Below the pieces are notes generated by a model. The model did not search any database. It worked only from the letters and a program-made list of their open reading frames with translations, and was not told where the DNA came from. From the NCBI GenBank assembly GCA_050253415.1, contig JBFWJC010000003.1, positions 224,001-288,000 on the forward strand: DNA of 64,000 nucleotides, in the 5' to 3' direction. The stretch comes from Pedobacter sp. Its GTDB lineage: Bacteria > Desulfobacterota > Desulfuromonadia > Desulfuromonadales > Syntrophotaleaceae. Below are positions 8,733-21,861 of the stretch, piece by piece; position 1 is the first letter of the stretch; each line of letters opens with the position of its first letter. A program made the position numbers and the translations under genes.

Positions 8733-10930
8733 GATGCGGTTCCCGGTCTGATAGGCACAGATATGTGACGAAGTTCCGCCAGATCGGGTCGCATGCTGCG
8801 ATCGAGCCGCCGATAAAGTGACTTGGTTGCTTCGTGGGGATAATTTTTAAGACTCGACAGGATCTGTGCCTGCAAGCGTTTGTGGCGACGCGGATGGCAA
8901 ACGCTGAAACTGAAGAGAATTTTTTCCAATGGGTTCAGTGCGATTGGATTACCTATGTCTGCCAGGGTCATAACTACGGCAAGGCGTATGGCTAAACTTT
9001 CGTTGCTGAGACTGGATTGACGTAATAAATCGATAAGTTTTTGAAAAACTTTCATGTCCCGAGAGTGTCGGGCCAGTCCAATGACCCATATAGGCGGCAG
9101 GTCCATGGTGCGGTCTAGTTCCCTGAGAATGGCCGTATCGGCACGGGCATCTTTGAAGTGGAAGGCTGTTTTCAATGCCTCTTGTCGGACTCGTTCATGG
9201 GGATGTTGCAACAGCGGCTCGATGATATCCATTAGATCCGGATCTTCCAGCCCGCGCAACAATACAATAAGGTTTCGAACCATATGCCAGCGTTCATCAG
9301 ACAGGCGACTCAAGACCTCCTGACGAATGATCGGCCCCATATCGCCAAGCAACTTCAGATAGCGGAACCGTACCGAGCGGTCCTGCTCCTCACCAAGCCG
9401 GTCCAGCAGTAACGGAATAAATGGCGCCCCTACCTGAAGCATCAATTCAAAAATTTCCTGACGTTTGACCTGTGGCCACAGGGACAGGCTGTTAATGATT
9501 TCGCGGGTAAATCGGTAGCTGGAAAAGATTGAGAACAGGTGGTCTTTGGCCGATTTTTTCGACGTACTAGTGAGAGAAGCTGCTTGTCTATGCAGATCGA
9601 TCAGAGCGGCAAAGTCGCCTGTGTCGATAAAATGCTGGATAAGGGGTGAAAGGTGGTTGTTCAACCCGGTCTGATATTGGGGGTCTTCAAAATGGTGCAT
9701 CATGTGGCTGATGATGGAGCACAGCCGTCGTTCCATGGTTGGTTCATGAATGCTTTCGGTAAGCCCATCGATGACTTCAGGAGGCAATACCGGTAGCGGT
9801 TGGTGGTTTTGAAATCCACGCAGTAACGATTGATAATCATCCGGCACATATTCATTGGCGTGGTGTTCTGCGAATACCTGTTTGAAGTGCTCGGCGGTGT
9901 ATGGTTCCAGATTGGCGCAATTCGTTTGTATCTGTGCAGCTGCAGACGGTGATCCTGTAGAGCCCAATTGGCTTAGCATCTGCAGGATGAAGGGCGGGAT
10001 ATCGGCTTGCCGTTCATTGAGATCGTTGAGGGTATCCAATAACAGAGTGCTGGGAAATCGACTCAATACGGTTCTTGCCTGAGTTTCATGCATGCCAAGC
10101 ACGGAAACGGTGGACGATAAAAACTGCTGCTTTAATTCAGGTTGTAGTTCATTGACAAATATCCTGAATTTATCCAGCAACTCATCATGCTGTTGGTGGG
10201 ACAGGTTTTCACGGTCCAGATCGCGCAAGAAGCTTGTGATGGCTTTATCGTATTCACCCGTGTCTTGAACGATGCAGTCAGATTTGTCTGCACTTAAAAT
10301 GTCAGCCAACCTTTGCGGTGTTGCGATGGTCTCGGTAGGCCAGTGGCCAGTTTGGGGGTCATGAGTGGACGCAAGCAAGGTGCCCACGAAGCGATCCCAT
10401 GGCTTCACGGGATTGCGTTTTGTGGCCCGTTCTTTGTCCGCTTGTTGTGAAATGCCCGTGGTACGAAACTGATTGTGAGCGAGCGGAGTAAGTTTGGCGT
10501 GGCTGATGTTGGCAGCGTTAGCCGCCTCGACAATGCCGCCTTGAGCTAGGATATCTTCTGGTTTGCTGGCAATAAGTCTACATAAAGTGCAAAGTTCCTC
10601 AGTACTCAGGTCAACATGAATCGTCAGGGCCACTATCCCATGTGAAAACAAGGCGCGAGCGTACTCGCGATATACCGGATTTTTTGGATCCAACGGCATT
10701 GCACCGAGCATCAGTCGATCTCTGGCTACTCCGATGGTGATTTGTGCGGTAGTGGCTTTAAGGTTTGCAAGAACTTTGAGGGTTCTGTCGGCGGCCACAA
10801 GGATGACCTGATGTCCAGGCGGGTAAGCATTGACCTGCCTGCGGACAATATTCAACTGGTAGATAAGGTTGGATAATTGTTTGGTATCCAATTGGGGCGC
10901 GGCAGAATGGTTAGACGTTTCACAAGCCAA
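8729..10930 (-). CDS. HEAT-repeat protein with a conserved N-terminal domain
   Basis: C-terminal PBS-lyase HEAT-like repeats (LSDERWHMVRNLIVLL, LLQHPHERVRQEAL); ATGA overlap with HD-GYP. The TTG start is uncertain. Confidence 0.85.
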   Translation of the reverse strand: MACETSNHSAAPQLDTKQLSNLIYQLNIVRRQVNAYPPGHQVILVAADRTLKVLANLKATTAQITIGVARDRLMLGAMPLDPKNPVYREYARALFSHGIVALTIHVDLSTEELCTLCRLIASKPEDILAQGGIVEAANAANISHAKLTPLAHNQFRTTGISQQADKERATKRNPVKPWDRFVGTLLASTHDPQTGHWPTETIATPQRLADILSADKSDCIVQDTGEYDKAITSFLRDLDRENLSHQQHDELLDKFRIFVNELQPELKQQFLSSTVSVLGMHETQARTVLSRFPSTLLLDTLNDLNERQADIPPFILQMLSQLGSTGSPSAAAQIQTNCANLEPYTAEHFKQVFAEHHANEYVPDDYQSLLRGFQNHQPLPVLPPEVIDGLTESIHEPTMERRLCSIISHMMHHFEDPQYQTGLNNHLSPLIQHFIDTGDFAALIDLHRQAASLTSTSKKSAKDHLFSIFSSYRFTREIINSLSLWPQVKRQEIFELMLQVGAPFIPLLLDRLGEEQDRSVRFRYLKLLGDMGPIIRQEVLSRLSDERWHMVRNLIVLLRGLEDPDLMDIIEPLLQHPHERVRQEALKTAFHFKDARADTAILRELDRTMDLPPIWVIGLARHSRDMKVFQKLIDLLRQSSLSNESLAIRLAVVMTLADIGNPIALNPLEKILFSFSVCHPRRHKRLQAQILSSLKNYPHEATKSLYRRLDRSMRPDLAELRHISVPIRPGTAS

Positions 10931-10999
10931 ACAGTACCCCCACTTTTTAACCGGTGACGGAGACCGATAAAGAAAATCCGCTGTCGATAGGTCTTGTTC

Positions 11000-12382
11000 C
11001 TAAATACTAAGCCGTTTGATTTTTTCAACCAATGTGGTGCGCTTGATATTCAACAACTCTGCGGCGCGGGCCTTAACACCACCGCTAAGTTCCATGGCGG
11101 CCTTTATCATGCATCGCTCGATTCCTGAAATAATCTGGGGCATGTCCAGGCCTGCTTCGGTGAGGCGCGGGCAGGAAATCTGTGGTTCTTCATCTTCGCG
11201 ACAGGAACCGCTGATATTGGTGGGTAAATCACTCCTGCCAATAGCTGATCCTTCTGTCAGAGTCACGGTTCTCTCAATGACGTTTTCCAGTTCGCGCACA
11301 TTTCCGGGCCAATGATAATTTTCCAGGCAAATCATGGCGGCAGGTGTGATGGAAAGGAGCGGTCGTTTCATTTCGCTGCAGATTTTCTGAAGAAAATAAC
11401 GGGATAGCAGGGCGATATCCTCGCGTCTTTCCCGAAGGGGCGGTAGCGGGATGGGGATCACGTTCAAGCGATAGTAGAGATCTTTACGAAAGCGGCCCTG
11501 TTCGACCTCTTCTTCAAGATCGACGTTGGTGGCGGAAATCACACGTACGTCCAGCTTTATTTTCTTGGAGGAACCGACTTTCTCTACCTCCTGTTCCTGC
11601 AATACCCGCAACAGTTTCATCTGCAGGTGCAAAGGCATGGTGCCAATTTCATCAAGGAAAATGGTGCCCTGATGCGCCTGCTGGAATTTCCCCATTTTAT
11701 CTGCGACTGCCCCTGTGAACGCCCCTCTTATGTGGCCAAAGAGTTCACTTTCCAGCAGTTCTGCGGGGATTGCCCCACAGTTAATCGCTACGAACGGTTT
11801 TTCCTTGCGGTGGCCGTTGTAGTGAATGGCTTTGGCGACCAGTTCCTTGCCGGTGCCGGATTCTCCCAGGATAAGGATGGTCGAGTCGGTATTGACGATT
11901 TTTTCCATGCGGGAAAACACATGCTGCATGGGTAGGCTGTTGCCGATCATGTTGTCAAACCGGTATTTACCTCGCAGTTGCTGACGTAAATAGAGGTTTT
12001 CCGCTACCAGGCGACTTTTTTCCAGCGCCTTGCCAATGATGACCTGCAGCTTTTCGAAATGCAAAGGCTTGGTAATATAGTCAAAGGCGCCTTCTTTCAT
12101 GGCTTCAACAGCCGATTCGGCGGAAGCTTTACCGGTAATCAGAATGACATTGGTAAAAGGCCACTGTTCCTTGACCCGTTTCAATATTTCAATACCGCTT
12201 ACCCCGGGGAGGAACAGGTCCGTAAGGATGACCTCAAAAGGAGTTTTTGCCAGTATCTCGAGAGCTTTTTCACCTGTTTCGGCGGTGGTGACATCATAGC
12301 CGGCGCTTTCGAGCAGCAGGGTGATCGCCTCGCGATTGGCAGCTTCATCTTCAATAACCAGAATCTGTGATATGTTTTTCAT
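11000..12382 (-). CDS. Sigma-54-dependent response regulator (NtrC family)
   Basis: Receiver (IEDE, LTDL, TKP), Walker A GESGTGKE, GAFTGA, FLDEIG, WPGNVREL and a Fis-type HTH. Confidence 0.95.
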   Translation of the reverse strand: MKNISQILVIEDEAANREAITLLLESAGYDVTTAETGEKALEILAKTPFEVILTDLFLPGVSGIEILKRVKEQWPFTNVILITGKASAESAVEAMKEGAFDYITKPLHFEKLQVIIGKALEKSRLVAENLYLRQQLRGKYRFDNMIGNSLPMQHVFSRMEKIVNTDSTILILGESGTGKELVAKAIHYNGHRKEKPFVAINCGAIPAELLESELFGHIRGAFTGAVADKMGKFQQAHQGTIFLDEIGTMPLHLQMKLLRVLQEQEVEKVGSSKKIKLDVRVISATNVDLEEEVEQGRFRKDLYYRLNVIPIPLPPLRERREDIALLSRYFLQKICSEMKRPLLSITPAAMICLENYHWPGNVRELENVIERTVTLTEGSAIGRSDLPTNISGSCREDEEPQISCPRLTEAGLDMPQIISGIERCMIKAAMELSGGVKARAAELLNIKRTTLVEKIKRLSI

Positions 12383-12497
12383 GGTGGCGCCTACAGAAAA
12401 GGGTTGGTTTGTCATTCGATTGACGGTATAGTAGGAAGCTACCACGTCTCAAAGGTCTTCGCAAGACCTAGCGTTAAAAAAATGGCGCAAAAGGAAG

Positions 12498-13913
12498 GTG
12501 GTTGTTCAAATGTTTGACGCTTTGGGTTTTTATAAGGTTTTTATACGCCGACTCAGTGCGGTTTTGGTGCTGATCTCTCTTGGAATATTTCTGTTCGCTC
12601 ACCGAGAGGCATTCGGCCTGACGCAGGATCGTCCTTATATCGGTGCCGTGCGTATATCAGGGCCTATTAATCCTGTTGTTGCTGAATTTGTAACGGAACA
12701 ACTCGTTCGCGTCAACCGTGAAAATGCGGTGGCCTTCCTGGTGGAACTTGATACGCCTGGTGGTCTGGACACTTCCATGCGCCAGATTATTAAGGGCATC
12801 CTCGGGTCGGATATACCTGTGGTGATCTATATAGCGCCTTCCGGAGCACGCGGCGCATCGGCCGGGGCGCTGATTACTCTGGCCGCTGATTTTGCTGTAA
12901 TGGCTCCCGGTACCAACATAGGCGCCGCCCACCCCGTGTCCATTGGAGGCGGGCAGAAGGTCCCTGATGACGTTATGATGAACAAGGTGGTGGAAGATGC
13001 CGCCGCATACGCGCGCAGTCTGGCGGCCCGCAGGGGGCGCAATCAAGACTGGGCTGAAAAGATGGTACGCGATAGCGTTTCGATTTCTGCGGATGAAGCG
13101 TTGAAACGCGGGGTCATCGACCTGATAGCAGAAGATGTGCCGGATCTTTTGCAAAAGCTTGACGGTCGTAAGTATTTCCGCGCAGACCAGGAGAAAGTGC
13201 TGATCTGTCGCGATGCCACGGTGGAGATTGCCACGATGGATTGGCGGCAGAAGATCCTCAACGCGATCAGCGATCCTAATGTTGCCTATATGCTGCTCAT
13301 GCTGGGCATGCTCGGTTTGTTCTTTGAGATTTCCCAACCCGGGGTGGTGTTACCGGGAGCCGTCGGGGCCATTGCTTTACTGCTTGCCTTGTTTGCCTTT
13401 CAGACCTTGCCTGTCAACTATGTCGGCATGCTACTGATTCTACTGGCGCTGGTGCTTTTTGTTTTGGAAGTCAAAGTGACGTCTTATGGCATGCTTACGA
13501 TAGGAGGCATGGTCAGTATGACTTTCGGCTCTCTGATGCTGTTTGAAGACTCGGCGCCGTTTCTCCAGCTTTCAAGGGCGGTTATTGCCAGTACGGTATT
13601 GGTTACCACCGGCTTTTGTCTGCTTGTGCTCTACTTTGTTGTGCGGACGCAACGTCGAAAATTCGTATCCGGCCGAGAAGGTATGGCAGGGCTGACCGGT
13701 GAGGCGCTTACCGAGGTGCATCGCAGTGGCCAGGTTTTTGTCCGCGGCGAATATTGGACGGCCTTTTCCGTCGAACCGATTGCGGCCGGAGAGGTCATCG
13801 AGGTGGTGCGTCTGGCGGATGACATGCGCCTGGAGGTACGCCGGTCCATGGTGGATGACTCCGAACGCTCCACAATACTAACGTCAGGTTCCGACAAGGA
13901 GGTTGGCAAATGA
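12498..13913 (+). CDS. NfeD family membrane-bound serine protease (long form)
   Basis: Motifs LDTPGG, GASAG and [14 protein letters not shown] bundle; C-terminal OB fold (GEYWTA). Start is either GTG 12498 or ATG 12510. Confidence 0.92.
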   Translation: MVVQMFDALGFYKVFIRRLSAVLVLISLGIFLFAHREAFGLTQDRPYIGAVRISGPINPVVAEFVTEQLVRVNRENAVAFLVELDTPGGLDTSMRQIIKGILGSDIPVVIYIAPSGARGASAGALITLAADFAVMAPGTNIGAAHPVSIGGGQKVPDDVMMNKVVEDAAAYARSLAARRGRNQDWAEKMVRDSVSISADEALKRGVIDLIAEDVPDLLQKLDGRKYFRADQEKVLICRDATVEIATMDWRQKILNAISDPNVAYMLLMLGMLGLFFEISQPGVVLPGAVGAIALLLALFAFQTLPVNYVGMLLILLALVLFVLEVKVTSYGMLTIGGMVSMTFGSLMLFEDSAPFLQLSRAVIASTVLVTTGFCLLVLYFVVRTQRRKFVSGREGMAGLTGEALTEVHRSGQVFVRGEYWTAFSVEPIAAGEVIEVVRLADDMRLEVRRSMVDDSERSTILTSGSDKEVGK

Positions 13914-14659
13914 TTTATCCCGTTATCATTCTGGTGTTGTTGGCTTTAATCCTTTCCAGTGCCATTAAGGTGATCTATGAATACGAACGTGGCGTGGTGT
14001 TTCGCCTTGGGCGTTTCAGTGGAGTGAAAGGACCCGGTTTGCGGTTCATTATCCCGGTGGTTGACAGGTTGATGAAAATCAGTCTGCGTACGGTGGCTAT
14101 GGACGTCCCGCCACAGGATGTAATCACCAAGGATAATGTGTCGATCAAGGTCAATGCCGTTATTTATTTCCGTGTCGTTCATCCGGAAAAATCGATTATT
14201 GAGGTGGAAAATTACCTTTACGCCACCAGCCAATTGGCTCAGACCTCATTACGCAGCGTTTTGGGACAATCCGAATTGGATGAATTGCTCGCCCATCGCG
14301 ACAGTATCAACCGCCATCTGCAGGAAATTCTGGATCGCCAGACCGATCCCTGGGGCGTCAAGGTCTCCAATGTGGAGATTAAGCATGTGGACCTTCCGGT
14401 TGAAATGCAACGCGCCATGGCCCGGCAGGCTGAAGCTGAACGTGAGCGACGCTCTAAGGTTATCCATGCCGAAGGAGAATATCAGGCCGCTCAAAAACTT
14501 ACCGATGCCGCTGAAATTATCGCATCGCAACCGGGCGCCCTGCAGTTGCGCTACCTGCAGACTTTGACCGAAGTTGCGACGGAAAACAGTTCGACAGTGA
14601 TTTTTCCGTTCCCATTGGACCTGGTTAAACCTTTTTTGGGGTTACAGGAAAAGAATTAA
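13910..14659 (+). CDS. Slipin / SPFH (stomatin-like) protein
   Basis: Motifs [34 protein letters not shown] and [10 protein letters not shown]; the canonical NfeD partner. Confidence 0.95.
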   Translation: MIYPVIILVLLALILSSAIKVIYEYERGVVFRLGRFSGVKGPGLRFIIPVVDRLMKISLRTVAMDVPPQDVITKDNVSIKVNAVIYFRVVHPEKSIIEVENYLYATSQLAQTSLRSVLGQSELDELLAHRDSINRHLQEILDRQTDPWGVKVSNVEIKHVDLPVEMQRAMARQAEAERERRSKVIHAEGEYQAAQKLTDAAEIIASQPGALQLRYLQTLTEVATENSSTVIFPFPLDLVKPFLGLQEKN

Positions 14660-14843
14660 CCCTGTTCGCCCGGAAAACGAAACCTTTCAGGCCAGGTATT
14701 TATTTGTATTGTTGCCGGTTGGGTAGCTCTGTGGGTATTGATTATTGTGCTGTTTGCTTAATAAAGAGAATATTGATTTGGGCCTACGATTTTGGTAAAG
14801 TGCCCGGTCAGTCCAAACACCTAGCAACTGGGAGGTTTGTTTC

Positions 14844-18290
<3,447 letters not shown>

Positions 18291-18309
18291 ACGCGAAACT
18301 ATACGAAAT

Positions 18310-18346
18310 AAAGCGCCGAACCTTCATGGTACGGCGCTTTTTTTTT
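18310..18346 (+). terminator. Rho-independent terminator after pyc
   Basis: aaagcgccg...cggcgcttt stem followed by a long T-run. Confidence 0.8.
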
Positions 18347-18401
18347 AAAAAAATAAAGAGAATGGGTCGGCGAGGTTTGTTCCGGCATGGTAAGAAGGGT
18401 G

Positions 18402-19355
18402 TCAGTTCGGAACCAATCCCATCAGGCCTAATAGCGTAAGGAGGCCTGTGAAGCTGATGGCTGAAAAAAGAGTCGATAGAATGATGATGGAACTGGCCAG
18501 GCGGGGGTTGCCGTTGAGTTCGTGGGCCAGAACATAACTGGCTGCTGCTGTTGGGGTCCCCGCCAGCAGCACGGCAATACCGAGATCCATGCCATGAATC
18601 CCCAGTAGGGAAATGATCAGCAGATTCAGCAGGGGAAAGACGGTCAGCTTGAACAGCGATGCGAGGGCGGCTTTTTTTAAATCTCCTTGTAACTGCTGCA
18701 GGGAAAAAGCGCCACCGATGGTTATCAATGCCAGCGGAAGGGTAGCCGCCGTAACCATGTGCAGGGTGTTCCCGGCTATGCCGGGCATGGGTAGGCCGGT
18801 CAGGTTCCACAGGATACCTGCCATGGCGCCGATAATGAGGGGGTTGTAGAGCAATTGGTCCCGAATTAATTGCCAGTGCCTTGTCGGATGCCGGTGACGC
18901 TGCGGAATGATATGCACCAGGATGGACCACAGGTTGATGATCGGGACCAGGCAACCCATGAGAAGTCCGGCCCTTGTAAAGCCGGCATCGCCGTAAGCAC
19001 TCAGTACAATGGGTAGTCCCACGTAAGCCAGATTGCCACGGAAGCCGCCCTGGCTGAATGTCCCGCGGTCCTCCGGGGGATAGCCGAGCAGGTAGCTCGA
19101 TGTGTAGCAGATCACGGCGCCGGCGCTCAGGGTAGCGATCATGCCCAGGGTAAGTTTAAGGTTGAAGCTGGTCGCAAAATCGGCAGTGCCGATTTTGTAA
19201 AACAACAAAAGAGGCAAAAGTGCATAATAAATCAAGCGGTTGGTTTGCCTGATAAATTCCTGATTGATGAGCCCGGTGCGGCGCAACAGTGTACCGAGAG
19301 TCATGACTGCAAATACAGGCAGGACAATTCCCAGTGTCGTAAAAAAAGGCTGCAT
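18402..19355 (-). CDS. AEC (auxin efflux carrier) family transporter
   Basis: About 10 TM segments; motifs RGNLAYVGLP, NPLIIG, PLALITIG and PTAAASY. Confidence 0.92.
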   Translation of the reverse strand: MQPFFTTLGIVLPVFAVMTLGTLLRRTGLINQEFIRQTNRLIYYALLPLLLFYKIGTADFATSFNLKLTLGMIATLSAGAVICYTSSYLLGYPPEDRGTFSQGGFRGNLAYVGLPIVLSAYGDAGFTRAGLLMGCLVPIINLWSILVHIIPQRHRHPTRHWQLIRDQLLYNPLIIGAMAGILWNLTGLPMPGIAGNTLHMVTAATLPLALITIGGAFSLQQLQGDLKKAALASLFKLTVFPLLNLLIISLLGIHGMDLGIAVLLAGTPTAAASYVLAHELNGNPRLASSIIILSTLFSAISFTGLLTLLGLMGLVPN

Positions 19356-19475
19356 AACAATTCTCCCGCTGATACACTGCGACCATACATCTGTGGGCCA
19401 GGGGTTGGCAACGGTCTTTTTATAGAAGTATTATAGGGGGTGTATGTGGGCGGATTGCTGGTAAACGGCGAAACA

Positions 19476-19895
19476 ATGCGGGTTTATGGGGAAGAGCAGT
19501 TTGTCATGGACGGCTGGATTGACCTCGCACCTTTTGAACAATTGCTAGGTATGTGCATCGTTGAAGCCGTTGATGGGCGTGCAGTCCTGACCATGCCTTT
19601 CACTGTAAAACTCTGCCAGGGTGGCGGTTTTATGCATGGTGGCGCCTTGACCGCCTTGGCGGATACGGCTGCTGCCATGGCAGTTAAAACCCGGTTGTCC
19701 GCATCGACGCCTTTCGCCACGCGCGATCTTAGTATAAGATTTTTTGCGCCGGTCCGTCAGGGTATTGTAACGGCCACGGCTATACTGGAGCAGGTTGACG
19801 AACGCAGATTCTCTATCCATGTTGGTCTTACGGACAGCGAGGATGTCAAGGTAGCCGAATTTTTAGCTGATTTTCGTTTACTGCGGGGCACGTGA
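19476..19895 (+). CDS. PaaI family hotdog thioesterase
   Basis: Motif QGGGFMHGGALTALADTA. Start codon uncertain. Confidence 0.88.
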   Translation: MRVYGEEQFVMDGWIDLAPFEQLLGMCIVEAVDGRAVLTMPFTVKLCQGGGFMHGGALTALADTAAAMAVKTRLSASTPFATRDLSIRFFAPVRQGIVTATAILEQVDERRFSIHVGLTDSEDVKVAEFLADFRLLRGT

Positions 19896-20002
19896 CCTGG
19901 AGTTTCCGGATATTGGTCAATCTTGACTTTTGGGTAGTGGTTGGTACCGTGGCATAAGTGTGATGATACGAATAGTTTTGTCCCCTCAAAAAGGAGGCCA
20001 TT

Positions 20003-20557
20003 ATGTGTAGAAAACCCGTCATACCTGTCTTTATCCTCGGTGTGGTGCTGCTTTGTTGCACTCTGGCCTTCGGTGCTGGACGCAGAGATAAAAGTCCACC
20101 GGAGGGCGTGATAGAAATCGGATCCCCAGCTCCGAATTTCACATTGCGGGATCTTGAAGGGGAGGCTATTTCCCTTCAGAGTATGCGCGGCAAGGTGGTG
20201 ATCCTGACTTTCTGGGCGACTTGGTGCCCCGCATGCCGATCGGAACTGCCTTCGCTCAACGAAACAAACCGCCGCCTGGCTCGCCAGGGGGTTGTTGTTC
20301 TTGGCATTAACGGCGGCGAACCCACTGCACGGGTTAAATCATTCATGGTAAAGGAGAATCTCGATTTTCCCGTCCTCATGGATGAATCGGGTGATGTTCA
20401 CGCCCTGTATCAGGTTCGACAATATCCCACTACATTTATTATCGATCGGCAAGGACGGCTGGTTGATCGACATATTGGATTACGCGACTGGAATGCTCCG
20501 AAGGAAAGGGAAGCACTCCGATCACTGATTGGGAACGCACTTGAGGAGAAGCCCTAA
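20003..20557 (+). CDS. TlpA/ResA-like thiol-disulfide oxidoreductase
   Basis: N-terminal membrane anchor; motifs APNFTL, FWATWCPAC and YPTTFIIDR. Confidence 0.92.
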   Translation: MCRKPVIPVFILGVVLLCCTLAFGAGRRDKSPPEGVIEIGSPAPNFTLRDLEGEAISLQSMRGKVVILTFWATWCPACRSELPSLNETNRRLARQGVVVLGINGGEPTARVKSFMVKENLDFPVLMDESGDVHALYQVRQYPTTFIIDRQGRLVDRHIGLRDWNAPKEREALRSLIGNALEEKP

Positions 20558-21291
20558 TGCCTGGACAAGAAATCACCCTGTGGATAGCTTTTACAGCCGG
20601 TCTGGCCTCTTTTGTTTCACCGTGCGTACTACCGCTGATCCCCTCGTTTATCACCTATATCACTGGTTTAAGTTTTCAGCAGTTGCAGGATGCGCATCCT
20701 TGCGGGCGCATCCGTTTGCGAGTGGCGGTGCACTGTCTGTTGTTTATCGCCGGGTTTTCCCTGGTGTATACAGCCATGGGTGTTGTGGCCGGAAGTCTGT
20801 TTAATCTTCTCAGTGAAGGATTATGGTGGGTTCAGAAGATCGGTGGCGTCTTGATTTTCCTGTTCGGGGTGCATCTGACCGGACTGTTTCATTTTGGGAT
20901 TCTGTTGGGTGAGAAGCGTTTACACATCCATGATAAGCCAGCGGGGTATATCGGTTCATTTTTGGTGGGACTGGTTTTTTCTGCCGGTTGGACCCCTTGT
21001 ACGGGACCCATTCTTGGGGCGGTATTGACCATGGCGGCCGGTTCATCAGGGGGATCCGTCCGGGGCGGGATATTGCTGGCGACCTATTCGGCCGGACTGG
21101 GGCTGCCTTTTTTGATCTCCGGTCTGCTGTTTCATGGGTTCCTCGGTTTTTTTAACAGGTTTCGCAAGTATATCCGTATGGCCGAATTGGGCACTGGCAT
21201 TATGCTCATGATCGTAGGGGTTATGCTGTTTTTCAACTGGCTAAGCGTCCTTACCGGTTACCTTTATCAGTGGATGCCGGTCGCAGGTTGA
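20557..21291 (+). CDS. ccdA: Cytochrome c biogenesis protein CcdA
   Basis: Motifs SPCVLPL and GWTPCTGPILG; about 6 TM segments; TAATG coupling to the TlpA gene. Confidence 0.93.
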   Translation: MPGQEITLWIAFTAGLASFVSPCVLPLIPSFITYITGLSFQQLQDAHPCGRIRLRVAVHCLLFIAGFSLVYTAMGVVAGSLFNLLSEGLWWVQKIGGVLIFLFGVHLTGLFHFGILLGEKRLHIHDKPAGYIGSFLVGLVFSAGWTPCTGPILGAVLTMAAGSSGGSVRGGILLATYSAGLGLPFLISGLLFHGFLGFFNRFRKYIRMAELGTGIMLMIVGVMLFFNWLSVLTGYLYQWMPVAG

Positions 21292-21307
21292 GGGGGCGGC
21301 TTACCGC

Positions 21308-21352
21308 TTGACACCTGTATGTTGACTCTGATAATTTGATAATCAATTTCAT
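21308..21352 (+). promoter_or_regulatory. Sigma-70 promoter with an adjacent candidate Fur box upstream of fur
   Basis: TTGACA (21308)-16 bp-GATAAT (21330), then the imperfect palindrome TTGATAATCAATTTCAT (21336-21352). Confidence 0.75.
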
Positions 21353-21362
21353 TGGAGGGGGC

Positions 21363-21794
21363 ATGGCCGAAAAACGCGAAATATTCCGCAAATATATCAC
21401 CCAGCAAGGGTTGAAACTTACGCGGCAACGTGAAGTTATTCTCGATGAGTTTCTTCGAACAGCAGCACATTTGTCGACCGAGGACCTTTATCTGAAGGTT
21501 CGCAAAAAGCATCCCCATATCGGGTACGCCACCGTTTATCGGACGCTTAAACTGCTCGCTGAATGCGGTTTGGCGAAAGAACGCGATTTTGGCGCGGGGC
21601 AGACCCTGTACGAAGCCTCTGGCAGGGGACAGCATCATGACCACCTGATCTGCACGGAATGCGGCAACATCATTGAATTTGAGGATGCACGTATCGAAGA
21701 ATTGCAGAAACTGGTGGCTCAGGAGCACGAATTCACTATACGCGATCACCGTTTAGAGATTTACGGTCGCTGCTCCAAATGTTCCTCCTCTTAA
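21363..21794 (+). CDS. fur: Ferric uptake regulator
   Basis: Motifs LTRQR, ATVYRTL, HHDHLICTECG and C-terminal CSKC; GGAGG RBS. Confidence 0.93.
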   Translation: MAEKREIFRKYITQQGLKLTRQREVILDEFLRTAAHLSTEDLYLKVRKKHPHIGYATVYRTLKLLAECGLAKERDFGAGQTLYEASGRGQHHDHLICTECGNIIEFEDARIEELQKLVAQEHEFTIRDHRLEIYGRCSKCSSS

Positions 21795-21861
21795 ATAATA
21801 TCCATGCGACAGCGGATGTTTCTTTAATTCTTATCAGCAATCTATACCGGAAGTTTCTGTC

